Made by a program: the position numbers and the translations under genes. The notes below the pieces were generated by a model that saw only the letters and a program-made list of their open reading frames with translations, ran no database searches and was not told the DNA's origin. From an uncultured Gammaproteobacteria bacterium (GTDB lineage Bacteria; Pseudomonadota; Gammaproteobacteria; Natronospirales; REEB76), in NCBI GenBank assembly GCA_964584665.1, contig CAZPAO010000013.1:488-64487 (forward strand): DNA of 64,000 nucleotides, written 5' to 3'. Numbering within the stretch: the first letter of the stretch is position 1; each line of letters starts with the position of its first letter. This document shows, one piece after another, positions 49,843 to 58,148 of this stretch.

Positions 49843-50156
49843 TCACGCGCCTGGAAAGCCGCCTCGCGCTGTTGCAGCGTCGGCGTGAATACCTCGTGGA
49901 CCGGGCTGCACTACAGCGGCTTGAATTGGCCGAGGCAGGGCAGGGGCTCGAGCACCCCTTGCGCTGGATGGACACCGGGATGGCGTTCGCAGCGAACTTG
50001 CGTGCGAATGGCGGTCTCTCCGCACTGGGAGCGATGCTCGCCATGAGCACACGACTGGCCCGCACCCGTGCCTGGGTGGCGCGCGGTCTCATGCTCTACC
50101 AGGCCTTCAAGTTCGTCCGTTCACGCTTCGCGCGACGGGAAGAAGCTTCAGTCTGA
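49839..50156 (+). CDS. YqjK-like protein
   Basis: LQRRREYLVDRAALQRLEL; position after yqjD/yqjE. Confidence 0.65.
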   Translation: MITRLESRLALLQRRREYLVDRAALQRLELAEAGQGLEHPLRWMDTGMAFAANLRANGGLSALGAMLAMSTRLARTRAWVARGLMLYQAFKFVRSRFARREEASV

Positions 50157-50360
50157 TCACGTCCTGATTCCGACCTTACCGTTCGGGAGATCACCTGCAC
50201 CGTTGCACGCTTCAACTCTATGTGCGGTGCTGCACAGAAATCATCTCGCAGCGGGCACATGCTGTCAGTCAGGTCACAGGACCGGATCGCGATGGACATG
50301 CAATCCCGGATGCCGGTACCTCAATAAAAACTAACCGACCCAGCTGAAGGAGCATCAACG

Positions 50361-50714
50361 ATGAGGACCCCCAACAGATATTTCGCCGCAGCCGCTGCCG
50401 GCACGCTGCTGGCAGCACTGATAGGCTGCAGCCACGAACCGCAACGAGGCAACTACAGCAGCGACAATCCCGCCGGGACATCCACCCAGGCGGTGGATGA
50501 CGTGACCATCACCAACAATGTCGAGGCCGCGCTCGGCAATACGCCTGGTATCACCGCCAGCCAGGTCAACGTTCAGACCAGCAGCGGCGTGGTGATCCTG
50601 AGCGGCGATGTGGATTCCTCGTCCGCCGCCAGTGCCGCGGTGAGTGCCGCCCAAGGCGTCAACGGCGTGAGTTCGGTCAAGAACGACTTGACCGTCAAAC
50701 CGCCCCAATCGTAA
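50361..50714 (+). CDS. BON-domain (OsmY-like) lipoprotein
   Basis: Lipobox LIGC; DDVTIT...V...GVVILSG...GVSSVKNDL. Confidence 0.88.
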   Translation: MRTPNRYFAAAAAGTLLAALIGCSHEPQRGNYSSDNPAGTSTQAVDDVTITNNVEAALGNTPGITASQVNVQTSSGVVILSGDVDSSSAASAAVSAAQGVNGVSSVKNDLTVKPPQS

Positions 50715-50726
50715 GGAGCTTCAATC

Positions 50727-51113
50727 ATGAAGATACTGACCAGATTTCCACTGTTGATCACCACCGGTGCCGTGGTCCTGAGCCTGTGCGCCTGCTCCCC
50801 CGAACCCCGTCCTGATGACGTGAAGCACACCACTACGGTGACCACCACCACGACCACCGGGCCCACCACGGATACCACCTATGCGCATCCGGTGGACGAT
50901 GTGACGCTCGCTAACCGCGTGACTTCCACCCTCAGCAATACTCCGGGCGTGGATTCGAACCTCATCACCGTCCAAGCCGATGACGGCGTGGTTACCCTGA
51001 GTGGCAACGTGCCGACGGCGGCCATGGTCTCCACGGCTGTCGCCACCACGCAGAACGTGGCGGGCGTGCGCTCGGTGCACAGCAACCTGACCGTTACCAA
51101 TCCGCCGCAGTGA
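50727..51113 (+). CDS. BON-domain lipoprotein (tandem paralog)
   Basis: Lipobox LCAC; DDVTLA...GVVTLSG...GVRSVHSNL. Confidence 0.88.
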   Translation: MKILTRFPLLITTGAVVLSLCACSPEPRPDDVKHTTTVTTTTTTGPTTDTTYAHPVDDVTLANRVTSTLSNTPGVDSNLITVQADDGVVTLSGNVPTAAMVSTAVATTQNVAGVRSVHSNLTVTNPPQ

Positions 51114-51128
51114 TGCGGCGATGAAAGT

Positions 51129-51156
51129 GCTGCCGCCGGGATCCGCCGGCGGCAGC
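51129..51156. terminator. Hairpin between convergent genes
   Basis: GCTGCCGCCGG-GATCCG-CCGGCGGCAGC perfect 11-bp stem. Confidence 0.55.
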
Positions 51157-51174
51157 CACGAAGGGGAGTAGGGG

Positions 51175-51912
51175 TCAGCTCGCGGGTTTCGGCAGGCCGT
51201 GTTTCACGGCGCGCAGGCAGGCGAGGATGAATCGGGCGGAATCATCCAGAGGTGCCGCGGCGGAGGCAGAGATGCGCGAAGTACCCTCGCCGCATGTCGG
51301 GGTCGCATTCGCAGAAGCGATAGCCATCTGGAAATCCGCCCCCGCCATGAAGTTGTAGCTGAAGTTCAGCCAGTTATCCAAATGCTTGTTGACCCGGTTG
51401 ATGGCGGTCACGTTGGCTTGTTCCCGCTTGTTCCAGTCGGCGGTGGCTCTCTGGTATTCATCGAAGCGGGCCGCGAGCGCCTGCTGTTGCGATTGCAGCG
51501 ACTGCAGGTTCGAGTTGATGTCCGCGGTCTTCTGGTTGATGGACTTGGCTGTGTTGTTGCAGGCATTGGCGTCTTGTGCCGTATTGCCCTTGCCCTGTTC
51601 ACCTTCGTTATTGCAGCCCTGGCGGGTCTTGTCTATCTGGGTCTTCTGGTCCGTCACCGCCTGATTGTGTTCCTCGGCCTGCCGGTTGAGATCGGCCTGT
51701 TCCCGGTCCAGCTCGGCCCCGGTGGCCACCAGCGCCTTGGCCTCGTCCGCCAGCTTCTTCTGTTGGGCAGTGAGCTGCTGCTTCTGCTGGAACAGGCTGG
51801 ACCCGCCGGACAGCTCCTCATCGAGCTGTTCATGCAAGCCATCGGCCCAGGCTGTGACCAGGGTCGCAGCCAGGGTACAGGCGAGGGCGATCCGGGAGAT
51901 GGGCTTTGGCAT
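51175..51912 (-). CDS. Hypothetical secreted Gln-rich coiled-coil protein
   Basis: Signal peptide ending VTAWA, heptad Q/L/K-rich middle, paired cysteines. Confidence 0.65.
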   Translation of the reverse strand: MPKPISRIALACTLAATLVTAWADGLHEQLDEELSGGSSLFQQKQQLTAQQKKLADEAKALVATGAELDREQADLNRQAEEHNQAVTDQKTQIDKTRQGCNNEGEQGKGNTAQDANACNNTAKSINQKTADINSNLQSLQSQQQALAARFDEYQRATADWNKREQANVTAINRVNKHLDNWLNFSYNFMAGADFQMAIASANATPTCGEGTSRISASAAAPLDDSARFILACLRAVKHGLPKPAS

Positions 51913-52185
51913 GGCGCCTCGTCACCGTCTTGAGTTTTGGGCCGCGTATTCTTCCACAGCCTCGCCTCCAGCTCACCGCCCTGATGGGGAGCTTAGTGCC
52001 GGTAGGCTCCTGGGTAGCCCGCCGCTCAGGCACTCCAAGGCATACAACAGGCTTTTCTGGCCGCCTCGACCAAGACCCCCCCCTTGTAGGCATTTGATGC
52101 TATCGGGCGGGGCAGGTAATGCTCAGGGCGCCTATGGCTCTAGGCCTAGCGAGGGCCAGGCCTCGCCAAACCCGGCACATCTTTG

Positions 52186-52213
52186 AAATAACATAATATA
52201 CATTATGCGCATT
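52186..52213 (-). other. dif: dif site (XerC/XerD chromosome-dimer resolution site)
   Basis: Minus strand AATGCGCATAA-TGTATA-TTATGTTATTT vs E. coli GGTGCGCATAA-TGTATA-TTATGTTAAAT (24/28); intergenic; KOPS polarity flips here. Confidence 0.9.
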
Positions 52214-52346
52214 ATTGAGATGGCTCCAGAGGGCAGACCGGCTTGTTTTGAGGCATCAAGGCCTTACAGCCACATCAACCTGCTCCACAGGCACAGCTCG
52301 TGAGAGCTAATGGCCATACATCAAGTTGAATTAGATAAAATATATT

Positions 52347-52359
52347 TATCAACTAGTTA
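52347..52359 (+). promoter_or_regulatory. IHF consensus site
   Basis: TATCAACTAGTTA matches WATCAANNNNTTR exactly, in an AT-rich context. Confidence 0.55.
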
Positions 52360-52671
52360 TAAGACTATTCTCAAATTTACCTCCGCCTGGTTCACCGGTC
52401 CCAAACCACAGCTAGCCCCTTTGCTATGGCGCTTCGGAGTTCCGCTTTGAGACCGGGTAATCACAGGCCATGTCTGGATTACCCCGGTCGGATCATGTGT
52501 GCGTTTAGGCCGATATAACCCTCAGCCTAGAATCCTGGGCTTAATGCCAGCATCCGGGTGACTCCAGGAGGCCTGGATTTAAGGTGATTCTGCAGGGCAC
52601 ATCGAATTCCGAATCAGCGGTGTCGTAAGCATGTGTTCCACACATCTAATACAGTATCTATAAATATTATA

Positions 52672-52684
52672 TAACTTGTTGATA
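52672..52684 (-). promoter_or_regulatory. IHF consensus site, inverted relative to the first
   Basis: Minus strand TATCAACAAGTTA matches WATCAANNNNTTR exactly. Confidence 0.55.
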
Positions 52685-52937
52685 TATATACTTTTAACTA
52701 ATCTACAAATTCACCGCTCTATAAACCCTCCCAGCGCTCATTTCATGCCAAGAAGAGACGAAGACAGCACCTGCCAGCGGTTCGCTCCACGGGCGATACA
52801 GTGCGTCTGGGTATGCCTGCGTGCATCACTTGGGAGCTACGGACGCGTGCAAGTGCTTGAAATGCCATCGCACTGTCCCCGTCCAACCTGAGCCTCTACA
52901 ATAGGCGCCCGCATCTGCGGCCGGTCGTCAGGCGCCC

Positions 52938-53312
52938 ATGTCAGAAGAAAAACGCACCTTCGACCGGATCGACACCGAACACTCGATCCGCATCCTCTGC
53001 GATGACGGCAGCAGCTTCCCGGGCATCGCCGCCAATATCTCCCTGACCGGCCTCCAGATCCTCTGTGACCGGCCCACCATGGAGCGCATAACCCCCCATG
53101 GCCTGGAGACCAAGGCGGCCAACGATGTGCCCATCCGGGTACGGGTCTCCCTGCCGGATATGCCCGAGAACCAGTCCAAACTGGGCCTGTTCGGCCGGGT
53201 GGTCTCGGTCCGGTCCGGCGGCCAGGATGAATACCGCATAGGCGTGCAGTTCACGGATTTCGAGCCAGGCAGCTATAACGCTTTGGAACACTATCTAGAC
53301 ACACATCTCTAG
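52938..53312 (+). CDS. Stand-alone PilZ-domain protein, likely c-di-GMP binding
   Basis: RTFDR (RxxxR) and NISLTG (D/NxSxxG), GVQF. Confidence 0.85.
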   Translation: MSEEKRTFDRIDTEHSIRILCDDGSSFPGIAANISLTGLQILCDRPTMERITPHGLETKAANDVPIRVRVSLPDMPENQSKLGLFGRVVSVRSGGQDEYRIGVQFTDFEPGSYNALEHYLDTHL

Positions 53313-53341
53313 CAAGACCGCTTGGGATTTGGGCCCCCAGC

Positions 53342-54112
53342 CTATTTCCCTGCATTACCGGTCTGAAGCTGCCCGCATTGACTGCCATAGGGCGTAAGCC
53401 CGGTATTGTTCTGATTGGGAGTGTTTCCAAACAGGCCCGCGGCCCGCTGCCTAAGGGCTTCGGCTTCGCTGTGCTGTCCACTCAATTGGAGTGCATCTGC
53501 GTAAGCCGTGAGGAATTCCGCATATTGTGCCGGTGAGTTTTTTTCAACGCCGGACTTGTCCATGAGCGTCTTGGCATGCGTGAATTCCGCCAGGGAATCT
53601 TGCAATTTTCCCGCGGCTTTGTGCATCAGTGCCAGTTCGAAGATATCAGTGGCGGTTGGCCCTTGCTGCTCATTATCGAGCTCGTAAGCCACTTGCAGAT
53701 TATGTTCCGCCAGATCGTACTGACAGATGATTCCCGAAGTACGCCCGTATTCGTAATATAAGTTGACCATTGTCTGGGGAGAGGCATGCGCCAGTTCCCC
53801 GTTTCGTACGGCCTTCGCAAAGGCCTGCTGTGCAAGGTTCCACTCAAGTGTGAGTTCCAAGTAAGAACCGAAATGATAGTAAAGCAGGCTGAGCCCCGCG
53901 GCTGGCATGTTCCCCTTCTCGGCCTTATCGACCGAGATCTCCATTTCATTGCGACCCGTCTGCCAGGCGCCGTTATTCATCGCCTCACGCGCCGCGTCGT
54001 AGTGATTTTGGGATTCTTTTATCAATGCCACGTCTATATCGGCCCGAACGCTCGGGGTGACGGCAACTAGAAGAAACGCGCTAATGGCACACAAACAAGG
54101 GGCACGCATCAT
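53342..54112 (-). CDS. Hypothetical secreted TPR-like protein, low GC
   Basis: Signal peptide, helical repeats (YYHFGSYLE, YYEYGRTSG); sampled lines 45-52% GC. Confidence 0.65.
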   Translation of the reverse strand: MMRAPCLCAISAFLLVAVTPSVRADIDVALIKESQNHYDAAREAMNNGAWQTGRNEMEISVDKAEKGNMPAAGLSLLYYHFGSYLELTLEWNLAQQAFAKAVRNGELAHASPQTMVNLYYEYGRTSGIICQYDLAEHNLQVAYELDNEQQGPTATDIFELALMHKAAGKLQDSLAEFTHAKTLMDKSGVEKNSPAQYAEFLTAYADALQLSGQHSEAEALRQRAAGLFGNTPNQNNTGLTPYGSQCGQLQTGNAGK

Positions 54113-54297
54113 AGGTTTTCCTCGGTTGCCAGCAACAAGATAGTTGGTTTCAGTCTATGATAAAGGAATCTGCCTCCTCGGAAATAGGCCAGGGGTATGG
54201 CCATTCGGGACGATGGCAGGAGTGCATCGACAGACTTCGCCCATCGGGCTCTTCGCCCGTGTGCTCATGAATTTGTGTTTAATTCGGGAGTTTCTGC

Positions 54298-56022
54298 ATG
54301 CGAAGCTTACGCCCCCACCCGTTGACTGCGATCTTCCTTTTGGCCGGGTTGGTTGCATGCGGTAAGACACCGGATGCCGCCGCGCCTGCCGCGAGCAGTA
54401 CCCCGACGCCTGCAGCCACCACGGCCAAGCCGGTACAGTCCTATGCAGCCCAGCACCTGGACGATTACGCCAAGGTGGCGCTCACCGCCGACCTGAGCCA
54501 TGCGGACGACAAGCAGAAGCAGATGCTGGTGAAGCTGATCGAGGCCGCAGCGGTCATGGATGAGATCTTCTGGCAGCAGACCTACGGCGACAAGGCCGCC
54601 CTGCTTGCGGTCATCAAGGACGACGCCACCCGGCAGATGGTGGAATACAACTATGGCCCCTGGGACCGCCTGAACGGCGACCATCCCTTCGTGGCCGGAG
54701 TGGGCAAGAAGCCCCTGGGCGCGAACTTCTATCCCACTGACATGAGCACGGACGAGTTCAACAAGGCCAAACTGCCTGGCAAGGACGGCCTCTATACGCT
54801 GGTGCGCCGGGACGCCAAGGGCGCGCTGATAGCGGTGCCCTATCACGATGCCTACAAGGAGCAACTGGCGCGCGCATCTGACCTGCTCAACCAGGCCTCC
54901 GGTCTCGCCGCCGATCCGGCTTTCAAGAAATACCTCTCGCTACGCGCACAGTCCCTGCTCACCGACCAGTACCAGGAGAGCGACTTCGCGTGGCTGGACA
55001 TCAAGGACAGCCCGGTGGACGTGATCATGGGCCCCATCGAGACCTATCAGGACGCCCTGTTCGGCTACAAGACGTCCTATGAAGGTTTCGTGCTGCTGAA
55101 GGACATGGACTGGTCGGCGAAGCTCGCACGCTTCACCCAGTTCCTGCCGCAGCTGCAGAAGGACCTGCCGGTGCCGGCCAAGTACAAGACCGAGAAGCCC
55201 GGCAGCGACTCCGACCTCGGCGCCTATAACGCCATCTACTACGCGGGCGACGCCAACACCGGTGCCAAGACCATCGCCGACAACCTGCCGAACGACGAGG
55301 AAGTGCAGCTCAAGAAAGGCACGCGCCGGGTGCAGATGGAGAACGTGATCCACGCGAAGTTCGACAAGATCATGATGCCCATCGCCAAGGAGCTGATCGT
55401 GCCGGCGCAGCTGCAGCACGTGACCTTCGATGCTTTCTTCCAGAACACCATGTTCCACGAGGTCGCGCACGGCATCGGCATCAAGAACACCGTGAACAAG
55501 AAGGGTACGGTGCGCCTGGCGCTGAAGGACTATGCCGGCAGCTTCGAGGAAGGCAAGGCGGACGTGCTCGGCCTCTACCTCGTGGAATGGCTCGCGGATC
55601 ACGGCGAGCTGGACAAGTCCAAGCTCATGGACAACTACGTGACCTTCCTCGCCGGCATCTTCCGTTCGGTGCGTTTCGGCGCCAGCGATGCCCACGGTAA
55701 GGCCAACATGGTGCGCTTCAACTTCTTCAGCCAGATGGGCGCCTTCAGCCGCGACCCGGCCACGGGCCAGTACCAGGTGGATGCGGAGAAGATGCACGCC
55801 GCGATCAAGGCGCTGGCGGCGAAGCTGCTGACCGTGCAGGGTGACGGCGACTATGCCGCCGCCAAACAACTCACCGATGACCAGGGCATCATCCAGCCGG
55901 AGCTGCAGGGCGATCTGGAAAGGCTGTCCAAGGACAACATCCCGGTGGATATAGTCTTTGACCAGGGTGTGAAGACTCTCGGACTGGACGGTAGCGCAGC
56001 GCCGGCCGGCGCCACGCACTGA
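54298..56022 (+). CDS. Dipeptidyl-peptidase III-like (M49-related) zinc peptidase, lipoprotein
   Basis: Lipobox LVAC; NLPND, FHEVAHGIG, FEEGKAD. Confidence 0.78.
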   Translation: MRSLRPHPLTAIFLLAGLVACGKTPDAAAPAASSTPTPAATTAKPVQSYAAQHLDDYAKVALTADLSHADDKQKQMLVKLIEAAAVMDEIFWQQTYGDKAALLAVIKDDATRQMVEYNYGPWDRLNGDHPFVAGVGKKPLGANFYPTDMSTDEFNKAKLPGKDGLYTLVRRDAKGALIAVPYHDAYKEQLARASDLLNQASGLAADPAFKKYLSLRAQSLLTDQYQESDFAWLDIKDSPVDVIMGPIETYQDALFGYKTSYEGFVLLKDMDWSAKLARFTQFLPQLQKDLPVPAKYKTEKPGSDSDLGAYNAIYYAGDANTGAKTIADNLPNDEEVQLKKGTRRVQMENVIHAKFDKIMMPIAKELIVPAQLQHVTFDAFFQNTMFHEVAHGIGIKNTVNKKGTVRLALKDYAGSFEEGKADVLGLYLVEWLADHGELDKSKLMDNYVTFLAGIFRSVRFGASDAHGKANMVRFNFFSQMGAFSRDPATGQYQVDAEKMHAAIKALAAKLLTVQGDGDYAAAKQLTDDQGIIQPELQGDLERLSKDNIPVDIVFDQGVKTLGLDGSAAPAGATH

Positions 56023-56023
56023 G

Positions 56024-57193
56024 TCATTTCAGCACGGTATCGATGACAATGGCGAGCGGTTTGCTGCTCGCCTTCATCCAATCCCCCTGCCCCAGGAGAT
56101 CGCCTGGCTGGGCGATTGCGGTACCGCTCTTAGACACGCGCGCGCTCACCACCACGGCATCAAAGGCGGAGATCACCCTCCCCGGTACCATAGCATCCTG
56201 ATCACTCAAGCTGATATCCAATGGTAGTTGCTCGAGCTTGAATCGGCGCACCGCCAGCGGCGGCCCCCCCTCCCCGCTTTTCGGCTGCACATAGACGAAC
56301 ACCGTCGTATCCGGTGACAAGCCTACGGCTAAGGTCTTGGATAGGCTCACGTGCAGCTTGATCAGAGCGGTCTCGCTCGATACTGTCCCGCCGGCCTCGG
56401 TTATGGCCTTGGTGATCATGGACCGGTATTGTTCGGGTGGATCCTGGGCCAGTATCGCCTGCCAATGCCTGATCGCGAGAGGCTTATCCCCCTGCTGCAA
56501 GGCGCCCAAACCACCGTACCAGAGTGCCTGCACGTTGGCGGGATCCTCCTGCAAGGCTTTATTGAACAGCGGCAGCGCTCGATCAAGGAAAGCATCGGGA
56601 TCGGTCAGGCTCAATGCCTCGGCATAACTCGCGAGGGCGTCTGGATCATCGTCTCCGGACAAGCTGCGTGCATGTTCGAAAGCCTTGAGGGCATCAGGGT
56701 AACGATCCATGACCATGTATGAGTGGCCGAGCATCTTCCATCCTTCAAGATCCTTCTGCCCTGTCGGTGTCTGTAGACGCGCTGCAAGCTGCGCCACCAT
56801 ATCCACCACCGCCTGGGTGGAGGCTGCCTGCACGCCTTCAGCGCCCACGCGCCAACTCCCATAGAACCAATACAAGGACCCCGCAACTACTAACAACAAC
56901 AGCGATGTGACACGGGCGGTGAGACGTTGCGGCATCGCCTTGCGTGTGGCCTGCTTCGCATCACCGGTGGAAGCCAAGTCAGTCTCCAGGTCGCGGACGG
57001 CGGCTGCATGATCGTCAGTGGAAAGACGCCCTGCCTCCAGATCCAGTTGTAGCTCGGCGAGACGGCGTGCGTGCACTTCACGATTTGCGGCCGCGGCACC
57101 CGTGTGCACCGGCACCCGCGCGCGCCACAGGGGCACCGCCAGGACCGACCCTGCCAGCAGGCACATGGCGAGTGCGATGATGAAGAAGGTCAT
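56024..57193 (-). CDS. ccmI: Cytochrome c biogenesis protein CcmI/CycH
   Basis: NREVHARRLAEL, LYWFYG, TPR region, GPPLAV, VSARVSKSG; start set at ATG 57193. Confidence 0.88.
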   Translation of the reverse strand: MTFFIIALAMCLLAGSVLAVPLWRARVPVHTGAAAANREVHARRLAELQLDLEAGRLSTDDHAAAVRDLETDLASTGDAKQATRKAMPQRLTARVTSLLLLVVAGSLYWFYGSWRVGAEGVQAASTQAVVDMVAQLAARLQTPTGQKDLEGWKMLGHSYMVMDRYPDALKAFEHARSLSGDDDPDALASYAEALSLTDPDAFLDRALPLFNKALQEDPANVQALWYGGLGALQQGDKPLAIRHWQAILAQDPPEQYRSMITKAITEAGGTVSSETALIKLHVSLSKTLAVGLSPDTTVFVYVQPKSGEGGPPLAVRRFKLEQLPLDISLSDQDAMVPGRVISAFDAVVVSARVSKSGTAIAQPGDLLGQGDWMKASSKPLAIVIDTVLK

Positions 57194-57600
57194 GGGGCGG
57201 CTGCCTCGCTTTGCCGCGCGCGGCGACGCACCACCAGCATCACCACTGAGAGCGCTATCGCCAGGAGGATGAAGGGTCCGATCCAAAGCAGAGCCGTGTT
57301 GCGCTGCACCGGCGGCTTGTAGAGCACGAAGTCTCCATAGCGCTCGACCATGTAGTCCTTGATCTCGGCGTCGGTCTTGCCCGCCGCCACCATCTCATGG
57401 ATCTGGCGGCGGAAGTCAGCGGCGAGATCCGCATTGGAGTCCGCGACGGTCTCGTCCTGGCAGACGAGACAACGCAACTCGTGGGTGAGGTGCTCGTAAC
57501 GAGCCTGGGTCGTGGCATCAGGGAATGGCGGCTGGCTGTCTATAGCTGCGGCGGAAGCCGCCACCAGCGCCAGACCCAACCCAAGCAAAAGCTGTCTCAC
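57190..57600 (-). CDS. ccmH: Cytochrome c biogenesis protein CcmH
   Basis: LRCLVCQDE, SNADLA, YMVERYGDFVLYKPP. Confidence 0.93.
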   Translation of the reverse strand: MRQLLLGLGLALVAASAAAIDSQPPFPDATTQARYEHLTHELRCLVCQDETVADSNADLAADFRRQIHEMVAAGKTDAEIKDYMVERYGDFVLYKPPVQRNTALLWIGPFILLAIALSVVMLVVRRRARQSEAAAP

Positions 57601-58148
57601 TGGGGCTCCGCCTGGAGTCTCTGCACCAGCGGTACCAGTTGGGTATCGACGATGTCTTGGGTCAAGGGGCCGATGTATTTCTCACGCACGATGCCGCGCT
57701 TGTCTATGACGAAGGTCTCGGGTGCGCCATACACGCCCCAATCGATGGCCACGTCCCCACTGGCGTCGAAGGCCACCGCATCGTAGGGGTTGCCGTCCTT
57801 CTGCAGCATGGCGAGGGCATCGTTGCGGACATCGTGGTAGTCGAGGCCGTAGATTGCCAACAGTTTGCGCTTGGACAGGGCCACCAGCACCGGATGCTCG
57901 TCGTGACAGCTGCCGCACCAGGCACCCCAGACGTTCAGCACCGATACCTTGCCCTGGAACACATCCTGGTCAAGCTTCGTGCCGGCATCCTGCAACTGCG
58001 GCAGCGAGAACTTCGGTGCGCCCTTACCGAGGAGAGGCGAAGCCACCTTGGTGGGGTCCAGGAACAGGCCGCGCGCGAAGAGGCCGATGAGGGTCAACAG
58101 CACCAGCGCAGGGATGATGAAAGGCACGTATTGCCTGAACTTGTTCAT
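57597..58148 (-). CDS. ccmG: Thiol:disulfide oxidoreductase CcmG/DsbE
   Basis: LNVWGAWCGSCHDEHP, WGVYGAPETF. Confidence 0.93.
   Translation of the reverse strand: MNKFRQYVPFIIPALVLLTLIGLFARGLFLDPTKVASPLLGKGAPKFSLPQLQDAGTKLDQDVFQGKVSVLNVWGAWCGSCHDEHPVLVALSKRKLLAIYGLDYHDVRNDALAMLQKDGNPYDAVAFDASGDVAIDWGVYGAPETFVIDKRGIVREKYIGPLTQDIVDTQLVPLVQRLQAEPQ

Noticed and set aside
52326-52339. FNR-like site TTGAA-TTAG-ATAAA
   Set aside because: Only 8/10 match, and better explained by the overlapping palindrome and AT richness
52676-52891. 71-aa ORF in the dif-adjacent spacer
   Set aside because: No RBS, atypical composition, TTG start within the AT tract
52200-52900. tRNA, tmRNA, SRP, RNase P or c-di-GMP riboswitch in the long intergenic region
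   Set aside because: No T-loop/CCA cloverleaf or recognisable family signature; an Rfam scan would be decisive
51913-52937. Possible oriC or datA (AT-rich, IHF sites, TGTTCCACA resembling a DnaA box)
   Set aside because: Only one imperfect DnaA-like 9-mer; dif and inward-pointing KOPS indicate the terminus
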